From: Patescibacteria group bacterium
GTDB taxonomy: Bacteria; Patescibacteriota; Patescibacteriia; Patescibacteriales; UBA12465
Direction: 5' to 3'
DNA: 64,000 nucleotides
Assembly (NCBI GenBank): GCA_041651355.1
Contig: JBAZJK010000001.1
Span: 165,883 to 229,882, forward strand
The position numbers and the translations under genes were made by a program. The notes beneath the pieces are model-generated. The model saw only the letters and a list, made by a program, of their open reading frames with translations. It did not search any database and was not told the origin of the DNA. Shown here piece after piece: positions 56,116 to 64,000 of the stretch; the first letter of the stretch is position 1, and each line of letters begins with the position of its first letter.

Positions 56116-56595
56116 ATGAAAAAGCTTCTTATTTTCAGTCTCTTTATCTCGCTTTTTATCACTAGCGCCTGCGCTTCGCCAAAGCGTGAGAATGTCCAGA
56201 TTCAGGAGAAAATGAAGGTGAAAGCTTTTTTTAGTAATAATACATTAGACCCGGAGATCAGTTGCCAAAAGGTTTTCCCGGTGGAGCGGGAGGTGGCTAA
56301 GACCCCAGCCGTTGCTAGAGTTGCCTTGTCAGAGCTGCTAGCTGGGGTGACGCCAGCGGAAAAAGAAGCCGGTTTCTTCACCAGCCTTAACCCCGAGATC
56401 AAGATCCAGTCCCTAACTATTGAGAACGGAGTAGCTCGGGTGGATTTTAGCAAGCAACTTGAGGCAGGGGTGGGTGGCTCTTGCCGCGTGTCAGCGATCC
56501 GCGCGCAAATCATTTCTACCCTCAAACAATTTCCTAGCGTAGAAGAAGTTATCATTTCTATCGACGGGCGCAGCGAAGATATCCTCCAGCCCTAA
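56116..56595 (+). CDS. GerMN-domain lipoprotein
   Basis: Lipobox ITSAC, then VKAFFSN...FPVEREV..TPAVARVALSELLAG...GVARVDFS... Confidence 0.7.
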   Translation: MKKLLIFSLFISLFITSACASPKRENVQIQEKMKVKAFFSNNTLDPEISCQKVFPVEREVAKTPAVARVALSELLAGVTPAEKEAGFFTSLNPEIKIQSLTIENGVARVDFSKQLEAGVGGSCRVSAIRAQIISTLKQFPSVEEVIISIDGRSEDILQP

Positions 56596-56600
56596 AGTCC

Positions 56601-56629
56601 TTGTGTCACTTTTTAAAAAGTTGTATAAT
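56601..56629 (+). promoter_or_regulatory. Sigma70-type promoter with an extended -10
   Basis: TTGTGT, 17-nt spacer, TATAAT, preceded by TG (TGTATAAT). Confidence 0.6.
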
Positions 56630-56690
56630 ATAGATAATTAAAAAATAAAGATAAAATAAATCTTTTTTATCTTATTATTAAGGGGGAACT

Positions 56691-56750
56691 ATGCCTCATT
56701 GTTTACAGTTAATTACCAAAATAGACCTAATGTCACTTAGTAGTTTTTAA
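56691..56750 (+). CDS. Candidate 19-aa sORF (MPHCLQLITKIDLMSLSSF)
   Basis: The strongest SD in the window (AAGGGGG, 5 nt before the ATG). The sORF sits between a promoter and a short terminator. It is not in the ORF track because it is too short. Confidence 0.25.
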   Translation: MPHCLQLITKIDLMSLSSF

Positions 56751-56775
56751 GGACGCCCACAGGCGTTTTTTATTT
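56751..56775 (+). terminator. Short intrinsic terminator after the sORF
   Basis: ACGCC CACA GGCGT followed by TTTTTTATTT. Confidence 0.5.
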
Positions 56776-56885
56776 ATATATTTAAAATAAAAATTATTTA
56801 AAACTTAATCATTAATTTAATTTCTGTTCTTAAAAAGTCGAAATTTAAGAATAGGCCAAAGTTATTTTAGTGGTTTGTAAAAATT

Positions 56886-59800
56886 ATGAAAAAAATATTT
56901 AACGACAAAGTCTGGGGAAAACTTTTTTTCTCGGTTTTGTTTGTTGCTTTAATAGCCGGCTTCGGCCTTTATGCGCCGGCGGCTAATGCCGCTAGTAGCT
57001 ATACCGTCACCGAAACCACGGCTACAGTGGGAACAGCCACTAATCTGGAAATTGAATATACGGTCGATTCTGGCGTCCAAACCTGGGCTGATGGCGATAC
57101 CTTGACCATCACCTTGCCTAATAATTTCCCGATTTGGAGCTCTATGACGATGTCTGCTGAGTACGATACTGATACTACTAATAATGGCGTAGGTGAAACT
57201 CCAATCGCTCAAGGAGCGGGCAATGGCGAATATAGCCATGATGGCCAGAGAGTTTTGACCATAAAATGGAATGTTACTGGCTGGGGAGCAGTTGTTGATG
57301 ATGCTTCAACTATCCGTATTTTAGTCACAGCTGATGCTGTTCCGATGTATGAAGATGCTACCTCTACTTTCACTTTTGGTGGAACGACTGCAGCTGGCGG
57401 CGATACTAATCCTAGCAGCACGGATGACGTTAACGTTTCCGCGGCTGATCCTAACGCTAGTATTGACGTGAGCGCGATTGATACTGTAGGTGAAACTGGC
57501 AATGTAGTCGCTACTTTTGATATCGATTATCCTTTAGTTAATAATGACCAAGTGTGGATAACTTTTCCCGCTAATTACGATGTTTCCGGAGCCACCTATG
57601 TTTCCGATACTTTTACTGGTGATTTTGACACCTGCGCTGTTGCTGGCCAGACAGTCAAATGCGATGCTAATGGCGGTATTGCCTCTCAAGGAAGCGGCAC
57701 GATAACTATTAGCGGTATTAAGGCCAAATATGAAGCGGCTGCAAGCACCTATACCACCGCTTTATATGATGTTTCCGCTACTTCCAATATTTCTTCGGCT
57801 TCTGATGATGCGATTGGTGCGACTTATGCCGCTACTAGCTTTACCGGATCAGGTATAAACGCTTCTGAAGTTACTTTGGTGGGCGACACTGCCGGTCAAG
57901 TTATTTTTGCCATAACTTTTCCAGTAGCTTTGGCTGCCGGCGATACCATCAAAATAACTTTCCCTGATAATTATGATGTTTCTGGTTTAACCCAAGCCGC
58001 TGGCCAGAATTACAATTTAGATCAAGATGTCACCGTAGCCGTGGCGGGGCAGGTAGTTACCTTGACTTTATCAGGGGCTCAAACGGCAGGAACTGGAGAA
58101 ATTATTAATTTTGAAGCTAATAAGATTTTGGCTAAATATGCCGCTACCGGGCAAACCGCGTCCATTCTTATTGAGAAATCTACGGGGCAAGATGTTTTGG
58201 CCGCTTCAACTGATGCCGGCGTGACTGATACTATCGAAAACACCACAGCTGCTGATCCAGTTTCTAGCATTAATGTCACCGCTATTTCTGAATATAACAA
58301 GACTGGCAATACTGTTGTGTCTTTTACCATCCCATATGCTTTAGCTAATGATGATGAACTAAGACTAACTTTGCCAGCTAGCTATAATGTCGCTAGCGCT
58401 GCTTACGTTTCTGATACTTTTACCGGAAGTTTTGATGCTTGTACAGCAGCAGGACAAACAATAACCTGTACCGCTAATGGTGCTATGACCGCTGAAACGG
58501 CAACGGTTACTATTTCTGGCATCAGAGCTGCTTCTAACACCCCAGCCGATGCTTCAACTTATACGACAACTCTGTATGATATTTCGGCTAGTGCTATAAT
58601 TGCTACCGCTAATGATGACGCCATCGCGGCCACCACTGCTGACGCTACCGCTCCAACATTAGACACTGGTAATGTGATTGCTAATAATAGTCCAGCCGCA
58701 GATACTATCACTCTTCAGTTTAGCGAAAACATGGATGAAACTACTGCAGAAAATGTAGCTAACTATATCGTTACTAATAATGGCGGGTCTATAACCTATA
58801 ATATCGCTACCGCCGTCTTAACTAATGACACTGTTGTCTTAACTCTGGCCACTGTTAATCCGGCTGACCCAACTACTTTCATGACCAGCACGGATGTAGC
58901 GGCTCACATTAAAGTTACTCCGAGCGTAAATATTAAGGACGCTAATGGCGTGGCCTATGGCGGTTTGCAGATTACAGAAAGCGGGGGATCTTTAGTTGAT
59001 GCTACTGCCCCAACTTTAGCCGCTGGTTCCATCATTGTTAATAATCAGAATCAGCCGAATACGATAACTTTAACTTTCAGCGAGCCAATGGATCATACTC
59101 AGGCAGAAACCGTTGGTAATTACTTAGTACAAAGCAATGATTTGGGTATAACTTATGGCATCGCTTCCGCCGCCCAAGATCTTGGCGGAACCGTTATTAC
59201 CTTAACTTTGAATGCTGTTAACCCCGCTGATAATACTACTTTTATCACTAATGCCGACGCTACGGCGGGGATTAAGGTGACTCCTAATGCTAACCTAGAA
59301 GATGTTTCAGGTTTCAATTATGCTGCTGGATTAGTATTAGCAACTGAAGACGGTTTCCAGGATATCACTCCTCCGACTTTACCGGCCGCCAATATCGATG
59401 TTAATAACTCCGTCTCTCCTAACACTATAACCTTGCAGTTTAGTGAAAAACTTAATAAAACTACAGCCGAAGATATTACCCACTATACTGTGACTAATAA
59501 TGCGGCTGGAATTTCCTATACTATTGCCAGTGCCGCTCTAACCAATGATACCGTTGTTTTAACTTTAGCGGCTTTTGACAAGGATGATCCTCAGACCTAT
59601 ATAACTAATGCTGCTATTGCCGGTCATATCAAGGTTACACCATCAACCCACATCTTGGATGTAGTTGGCACTGCTTATGCTGGCGCTTTAGTAACTGAAG
59701 CTGGTGGTTCTCATACTTTACACTCTAGCGTTCCGACCGTGACGGTTGGCGGCACTTCAGTTGATAAAGCTGGTGACACCATCACCCTTACTTTTAATGA

Positions 59801-61220
59801 AGAAATGGACACTAGCACTATTACTAATGCCATCGTACAAGCTGATACTAATGTTACTCTTGATTATTCTGACGATGCCGGTAATACCAACCAGGCTAAT
59901 ATTCCTTTGACTAACGCCACCGTTTCCTGGAATGCCGCTAAATTGGTGGCCACTATTACCCTTAATGAAGCTACTGATTCCGCCTATATCCCCGACGGCA
60001 AGTTCTTAGGAGCAACTTTATCAGGCGTAACTGATATCTACGGTATCGCTGAAGCCGGCTCAGAAGTTTACTCCGGTGCTGGTATTGCCAAGGAAGCCAC
60101 TGTCCCGACGATCGTGGTGACCGCCAATTCAGTTAATGCTGGCGGTGATACTATTACTATTACATCTGATGAAGTTCTATCATCGACTGCCACTACGATT
60201 GGTAATTGGACTGTCCAATACGATGATAATGGCGCCGGCCTTAACATCCAGACCGTTACTCTAGCTAATGCTGTGGCAACGATTAATGCCGCTAAGACCG
60301 TGGTTACCATCACTCTTGATGAAGTCACTGATGGCGCTTCTATTCCTAGCAGCAAATATGTTAAGGTAACTCCGAATGCTACTAATATCAAAGATTTAGT
60401 GGGTAATAATGGGGTAGCCGCTGATTATACTGCTGCTGGCGTTAGCTCTGAATCAACCGCTCCGACAATTTCCGCTACTTCCGTAGCTGACGGAGCCACT
60501 GGCGTGGCGGTTAACCCAACGATTTCCGTTACTTTCAGCGAAGCTTTAAGCCCGGCAACTGTAAACAGCAATACTGTTAAGCTGTATACTGATGTTGGTA
60601 ATAATAATGCAGTTAATATTGGTACTGACACTGAAGTTCCAGTTACTATCAGCTTAGAGAACAATGGCGCTTCTACTAAAATCTATATCACCCCCAATTC
60701 TAATCTAAGCAATTCCGGTAATTATATCTATCGTATCTCAACCGGCGTTAAGGATTTATCTGGTAATGCTTTAGCTGCTAACGCTGATTACGACTTTACC
60801 ACCGTCGCTCAATCCAATGGTTCCTTGGCGGTTACCAGCATTTCTACCACTCGTTCCTATGCCACCGCTGATGATACTTGGGGCAATGGTTGGGCTTGGA
60901 CTTTCAATATTACCGTTCCAACTTCAGAAACTAGTTTCCGGATGAAATTTTCTAACTGGATTAGCGGTAGTAACACAATAGCGGCTGCTAACAATATCCG
61001 CTTCTATTCTGCTCAAGCTTCAGCTAATGCGGATGCGGACAACGCCCGCTTGATTACGGCGGCTGCTACCAATAGCGATGCGATCATTTTGGATGGTGAT
61101 TTAGATGCTAATACAGCTGGTCGTCAGATCCAAGTGACTGTTGAAGCTAAGGTCCCAGCCGGATCTTCTGGTGGATCATATTCCACTTCTTACGGAGTTA
61201 CTTCAAATTTACCATCATAA
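56886..61220 (+). CDS. S-layer-like giant surface protein with tandem SbsA/Big_5-type Ig-like domains
   Basis: Signal peptide ending PAANA-AS. 1444 aa rich in T, A, N, V and S. Repeated modules begin (A/P)PT(L/I)...(I/V)T(L/I)(Q/T)FSE.(M/L)(D/N), for example APTISATSVADGATGVAVNPTISVTFSEALS. Confidence 0.7.
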   Translation: MKKIFNDKVWGKLFFSVLFVALIAGFGLYAPAANAASSYTVTETTATVGTATNLEIEYTVDSGVQTWADGDTLTITLPNNFPIWSSMTMSAEYDTDTTNNGVGETPIAQGAGNGEYSHDGQRVLTIKWNVTGWGAVVDDASTIRILVTADAVPMYEDATSTFTFGGTTAAGGDTNPSSTDDVNVSAADPNASIDVSAIDTVGETGNVVATFDIDYPLVNNDQVWITFPANYDVSGATYVSDTFTGDFDTCAVAGQTVKCDANGGIASQGSGTITISGIKAKYEAAASTYTTALYDVSATSNISSASDDAIGATYAATSFTGSGINASEVTLVGDTAGQVIFAITFPVALAAGDTIKITFPDNYDVSGLTQAAGQNYNLDQDVTVAVAGQVVTLTLSGAQTAGTGEIINFEANKILAKYAATGQTASILIEKSTGQDVLAASTDAGVTDTIENTTAADPVSSINVTAISEYNKTGNTVVSFTIPYALANDDELRLTLPASYNVASAAYVSDTFTGSFDACTAAGQTITCTANGAMTAETATVTISGIRAASNTPADASTYTTTLYDISASAIIATANDDAIAATTADATAPTLDTGNVIANNSPAADTITLQFSENMDETTAENVANYIVTNNGGSITYNIATAVLTNDTVVLTLATVNPADPTTFMTSTDVAAHIKVTPSVNIKDANGVAYGGLQITESGGSLVDATAPTLAAGSIIVNNQNQPNTITLTFSEPMDHTQAETVGNYLVQSNDLGITYGIASAAQDLGGTVITLTLNAVNPADNTTFITNADATAGIKVTPNANLEDVSGFNYAAGLVLATEDGFQDITPPTLPAANIDVNNSVSPNTITLQFSEKLNKTTAEDITHYTVTNNAAGISYTIASAALTNDTVVLTLAAFDKDDPQTYITNAAIAGHIKVTPSTHILDVVGTAYAGALVTEAGGSHTLHSSVPTVTVGGTSVDKAGDTITLTFNEEMDTSTITNAIVQADTNVTLDYSDDAGNTNQANIPLTNATVSWNAAKLVATITLNEATDSAYIPDGKFLGATLSGVTDIYGIAEAGSEVYSGAGIAKEATVPTIVVTANSVNAGGDTITITSDEVLSSTATTIGNWTVQYDDNGAGLNIQTVTLANAVATINAAKTVVTITLDEVTDGASIPSSKYVKVTPNATNIKDLVGNNGVAADYTAAGVSSESTAPTISATSVADGATGVAVNPTISVTFSEALSPATVNSNTVKLYTDVGNNNAVNIGTDTEVPVTISLENNGASTKIYITPNSNLSNSGNYIYRISTGVKDLSGNALAANADYDFTTVAQSNGSLAVTSISTTRSYATADDTWGNGWAWTFNITVPTSETSFRMKFSNWISGSNTIAAANNIRFYSAQASANADADNARLITAAATNSDAIILDGDLDANTAGRQIQVTVEAKVPAGSSGGSYSTSYGVTSNLPS
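58650..59729 (+). repeat. Three tandem ~360-nt (about 120-aa) diverged coding repeats
   Basis: Units start near 58650, 59007 and 59370 (APTLDTGNVIANN..., APTLAAGSIIVNN..., PPTLPAANIDVNN...). Each ends ...IKVTP..N(I/L).D..G..Y. Confidence 0.8.
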
Positions 61221-61240
61221 TTGTTAGATAGTTGATTTTC

Positions 61241-61266
61241 CGGGGAAAGAATATTTTCTTTCCCCG
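61241..61266 (+). terminator. Strong hairpin after the S-layer-like gene, without a U-tract
   Basis: CGGGGAAAGAA TATT TTCTTTCCCCG, an 11-bp perfect stem, followed by ATTAAG. Confidence 0.5.
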
Positions 61267-61313
61267 ATTAAGTCAATTATTAGTTTCGTTTATTTTTAAT
61301 AAAAGATAAAAAT

Positions 61314-62555
61314 ATGAGAAAAAAGATTGTCAGCTTATCCCTGTTGGTCCTGTTGCTATTATTCGGAGTTTATTCCTTAAAGGTTAATGCTTCTACGGTC
61401 ACAGGAGATTTAAACACCGGCTTAAATAGTAATTCTGGCAACATGGACGGCATCGTTATCGCCGCTCCCACTCCATCTCCGGCGGCCGGAACCTATACGA
61501 GCGCGCAAAATGTGACTTTAACAGCGGCCGGTTCGACGGCGATTTGCTACACCATCGATGGCTCTACTCCGGGCTGTACCAATGCTACCTCTTGCAGCGC
61601 CGGTAGCTTATATTCCGGGGCAATTTCCGTCTCATCTTCCAAAACCATTAAGAGTCTAGCTTGCTATAATAATAATTCTGCTGGCCCAGTTGCTACTAGC
61701 GCCTATACTATCAATATCTCTTCTGGCGGCGGCGGAGGCGGCGGAGGTGGTAACACCACCTACTGCTCAGCCGTAACTTATTCTGCTTGGGGAACTTGCG
61801 TAGGTAGCCAGCAATATCGTAGCGTTGTCTCCCAAACACCTAGTGGCTGCACTCTAACCACCACCCAGCAGATCGCTTTACAGCAGGCTTGCACGGCAGC
61901 GACTTCCACTCCGCCGGTTAATGAACCAGTTACTCCAGAAACGCCAGTGACGCCCCCCTCATCCGATATTATTAACGATATTTTAGATGAAGCGGGAATC
62001 GTCAGTTCTGGTAATCCGGACGATTTACTGGGCCACCTCAATAACACCCGGGATGAGAGCCGCGAAGGTATCGGTGCGACTAAGTATGGCAAGATTTTAT
62101 CTCTTGATAAGAAACTAACTCGTGATGAATTGGATGCTATCGTCCGTTTCATTGTCTACGGTACCCGTACCACCCAGATTTTAGGGGAAGGGGAAAGAGC
62201 TGGGGTTATCAATTCCTATTTCCAGGCCTATTCCAAACTTCCGAATACTGAGGAAGAGTGGGCCGATGTCATTAAGATCGCTAACGGCCGGTGGCCGGTA
62301 GAACGAAGTACTAAGGCGGAAAACCAAGCTAAGTTAGAATTCCGCAAGGTCTATGCCCGTAATGCCAACTTAAGCAATAATATTGATGAGAACGCGATCA
62401 TGGTAATCGCCTATGGCCTATTACCATCCCAGCGCAATCTAAACAGCGAAAAGGTGGCCATCAAGACTTTCAAATGGGTCTATGGGCATAATCCGGTCAG
62501 CGCTTTAGCTTGGAATGTCGTTCGCGCGATCGCCTATAGCGGTGCTACCAGATAA
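61314..62555 (+). CDS. Secreted protein with an N-terminal chitobiase/FN3-associated-like domain, a poly-Gly linker and a C-terminal domain of unknown function
   Basis: Signal peptide. PSPAAGTYTSAQNVTLTAAGSTAICYTIDGSTP, SSGGGGGGGGN, and a Pro-rich linker. Confidence 0.65.
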   Translation: MRKKIVSLSLLVLLLLFGVYSLKVNASTVTGDLNTGLNSNSGNMDGIVIAAPTPSPAAGTYTSAQNVTLTAAGSTAICYTIDGSTPGCTNATSCSAGSLYSGAISVSSSKTIKSLACYNNNSAGPVATSAYTINISSGGGGGGGGGNTTYCSAVTYSAWGTCVGSQQYRSVVSQTPSGCTLTTTQQIALQQACTAATSTPPVNEPVTPETPVTPPSSDIINDILDEAGIVSSGNPDDLLGHLNNTRDESREGIGATKYGKILSLDKKLTRDELDAIVRFIVYGTRTTQILGEGERAGVINSYFQAYSKLPNTEEEWADVIKIANGRWPVERSTKAENQAKLEFRKVYARNANLSNNIDENAIMVIAYGLLPSQRNLNSEKVAIKTFKWVYGHNPVSALAWNVVRAIAYSGATR

Positions 62556-62576
62556 TTAATTTAAAGATTAAAAATA

Positions 62577-62605
62577 AAGGACTGCTCTATCGCAGTCCTT
62601 TTGTT
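62577..62605 (+). terminator. Intrinsic terminator (+)
   Basis: AAGGACTGC TCTATC GCAGTCCTT followed by TTGTT. Confidence 0.75.
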
Positions 62606-62606
62606 A

Positions 62607-62637
62607 TAAAAAAGAATCCGCTTTGTTTAGCGGATTC
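62607..62637 (-). terminator. Intrinsic terminator (-)
   Basis: Minus-strand GAATCCGC TAAACAAA GCGGATTC followed by TTTTTT. Confidence 0.75.
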
Positions 62638-62653
62638 GAGGCATAGGATCTTC

Positions 62654-62992
62654 TTATTTTAACTTAGCCATGATAATAGGCAGGAAGCTTTCAGTTTCGT
62701 CCGGTCTTTCGGCTTGTGGTGGGTAGTTGTCAGGATCGATGATGCGATCCAGAATCTGGTGGATTTCTTTGAAGATGCGGTTGTATTCGCTGGGATCAGC
62801 GATGTTTTTCAGCTCAGATTCAAAAACCTGCAAGCTGGTTAAAAAATAGTGGGCTTCCAGGCGGTCGGAAGAACCGATTTTTTCTGCTAATTTTAGCAGA
62901 CAATGAAGCATGATGACACAGTAGTTCTCATCAGCTTGGCATTTCCGGATGTATTTAGCGGATTTGCTAAAAAACTTTGCTGTTTTAGCCAT
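62654..62992 (-). CDS. Hypothetical protein (112 aa)
   Basis: ORF with its own promoter and terminator. I recognise no family. Confidence 0.5.
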   Translation of the reverse strand: MAKTAKFFSKSAKYIRKCQADENYCVIMLHCLLKLAEKIGSSDRLEAHYFLTSLQVFESELKNIADPSEYNRIFKEIHQILDRIIDPDNYPPQAERPDETESFLPIIMAKLK

Positions 62993-63038
62993 GTTAATGG
63001 GTTTATATCAGGTTGGTGATTTCAAGGAGCAATAAACC

Positions 63039-63067
63039 AGTATAACTATTTTATTTATTTTAGTCAA
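63039..63067 (-). promoter_or_regulatory. Sigma70-type promoter for the 112-aa gene
   Basis: Minus-strand TTGACT, 17-nt spacer, TATACT. Confidence 0.6.
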
Positions 63068-63116
63068 GGATATAGGAATTTAAAAAACTTTTAACCGTTA
63101 TATGAATCCAGATATT

Positions 63117-63238
63117 TAAAAAATTATGAACTTTTATGGAGTCGGAGGGTCGGCGCTAATCCTCATCGTAACGAAACTTGAAGTTTCGCCCCGCAGTAGA
63201 GCCTTTCTGCATTTCAACCCCGTAAGAGTTCATAATCT
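63117..63238 (-). ncRNA. Candidate ~115-nt GC-rich structured RNA (class unknown)
   Basis: GC-rich block in an AT-rich spacer. The closing stem is 8-12 bp: TATGAACT (63234-63227) / AGTTCATA (63132-63125), extendable. It encloses three hairpins (GCAG..CTGC, CGAAAC TTCAA GTTTCG, GAGG..CCTC). On the minus strand it is followed by ATTTTTTAAAT. Confidence 0.4.
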
Positions 63239-63266
63239 ATTTTAGAGTAGCAGATTTTTTTGGCAA
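63239..63266 (-). promoter_or_regulatory. Candidate promoter for the structured RNA
   Basis: Minus-strand TTGCCA, 16-nt spacer, TAAAAT. It abuts the stop codon of the upstream glycosyltransferase gene. Confidence 0.4.
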
Positions 63267-63268
63267 AA

Positions 63269-64000
63269 TCAAGCTCGGGTATTTAAATCTTTAATAATCC
63301 TTACTAACTCTGCCTGCTTACCTGGTTGGAACAGAATATCTTGGCTAGTCGTCAGCTCAGGAATGCCGCCGATACTAGAGGCGATGACTGTTAGGCCGAT
63401 CTGCTTGGCTTCATAGATGACACTCGGAGAGTTTTCATAGACTAGAGAGGGAACCACCAGATAGTCGCTATTTCGCATCAGTTCCTTTACCTTTTCTTCT
63501 TTGTAGGGGAAGAATACGATATCGGCCCTATTTTTTACCATCTCTTTAAGATGCTTTTCTTCCTGTCCGTCGCCGATAATTATTAGCTCTCCTTTTTTAT
63601 CTGCTTCCAGCCAGGCTTTAATGAGTAGCTCTAGGCCTTTGTGCTTTTCTAATTGGCCGACATAAAGGAATCTTTGCTTGTCTTGATTAATATCTTTTTT
63701 TTCTCTTGGGGTTTGGTTAAGAGGAAAGTTCGGTCTTACTATCTTTTCCGATTTTCTGAAGAAACCGCGCTGACTATGGATTTCAATTAGCCACCTAGAA
63801 GGTGAAACTATTTTATCTGCCCCTTGAAAAAGATAACGAGTAATTACTTGGTATATCTTGGCGCCCAGGGAATCGATAATCTTTTCTTGGCCGAAGTACA
63901 TCAAGCCGCTAGGGTGGAGAAGCTGGATGTCGTGTAGATAATGTTCATGTTTTATCCCTAATTTTTTTATCAGCCTAGGAATTTGATAGCCTAGACCCAT
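63269..64000 (-). CDS. Glycosyltransferase (GT-B, GT4-like), 5'-truncated by the window edge
   Basis: C-terminal GT-B features: YVGQLEKHKGLELLI and SLVYENSPSVIYEAKQIGLTVIASSIGGIPE. The ORF runs off the window, so the first Met in the track is an artefact. Confidence 0.75.
   Translation of the reverse strand: MGLGYQIPRLIKKLGIKHEHYLHDIQLLHPSGLMYFGQEKIIDSLGAKIYQVITRYLFQGADKIVSPSRWLIEIHSQRGFFRKSEKIVRPNFPLNQTPREKKDINQDKQRFLYVGQLEKHKGLELLIKAWLEADKKGELIIIGDGQEEKHLKEMVKNRADIVFFPYKEEKVKELMRNSDYLVVPSLVYENSPSVIYEAKQIGLTVIASSIGGIPELTTSQDILFQPGKQAELVRIIKDLNTRA

Noticed and set aside
61725-61751. Imperfect (GGC/GGA/GGT) trinucleotide tract encoding G8 in the 413-aa secreted protein, considered as a slipped-strand variable site.
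   Set aside because: The tract is interrupted (GGC3-GGA-GGC2-GGA-GGT2) and in-frame. It is most simply a flexible linker, and I have no population data to show length variation.
63117-63238. 5S rRNA or SRP (4.5S) RNA identity for the GC-rich structured element.
   Set aside because: Size and paired ends fit, and an 8-nt match to the 5S motif AGCGCCGA is present. However, the 5S hallmarks (CCGAAC, GAAGTGAAAC, GAGAGTAGG) are absent on both strands, as is the SRP domain IV GGAA tetraloop with AGCA/GGA loops.
1-64000. Alternative genetic code (UGA or UAG recoding), CRISPR arrays, IS elements, integrases and rRNA genes.
   Set aside because: All conserved genes are intact and full-length under the standard code. 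I saw no regularly spaced direct repeats, no transposase, integrase or recombinase motifs, and no rRNA-like sequence.

Overview
The window is a densely packed bacterial chromosome segment with about 58 protein-coding genes, mostly on the + strand and often separated by only 1-30 nt. It uses the standard genetic code, since all long ORFs are intact without recoding. I found one canonical tRNA-Ser(GGA) and one atypical tRNA-like gene at the left edge. I found no rRNA, CRISPR array, transposase or integrase.

Gene content:
- Housekeeping genes: gatA, asnS, a type-2-like ileS, an archaeal/eukaryote-type proS, secA, frr, hpf, rseP, holB, ruvA, mreBCD plus a second mreB, and lemA-htpX-U32.
- Two glycan-synthesis loci: 10.1-19.3 kb, and 46.8-49.6 kb together with 51.8-56.1 kb.
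- Several very large secreted repeat proteins, including a 1444-aa S-layer-like protein.

This content, the short intergenic regions and the frequent absence of Shine-Dalgarno sequences fit a small-genome Patescibacteria/CPR-like organism. That placement is inference only. Near-consensus sigma70-type promoters (TTGACA-N17/18-TATAAT-like, several with an extended -10) and clean intrinsic terminators are readable in most longer intergenic regions.

Most interesting observations:
1. A tight operon (33.0-36.2 kb) that stacks four different NTP-pyrophosphatase folds (YjjX, a Nudix fused to a SEC-C tail, MazG, a second Nudix) with an ASCH/PUA-like protein, behind a Bro-N/DinD-like gene.
2. An orphan MutS-domain-V-like ATPase with an unrecognisable 470-aa N-terminus (28.0-30.0 kb).
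3. A terminator-containing structured leader (candidate riboswitch or attenuator) upstream of an MFS transporter (9.85-10.02 kb).
4. Two candidate stand-alone structured sRNA genes with their own promoters (36.25-36.48 kb and 63.12-63.27 kb, both minus strand).
5. A low-GC islet next to tRNA-Ser carrying NYN, Cys-rich and SPFH genes.
6. An S-layer-like surface locus preceded by a tiny promoter-sORF-terminator unit.

All functional calls come from reading motifs in the supplied translations. No database search was run.
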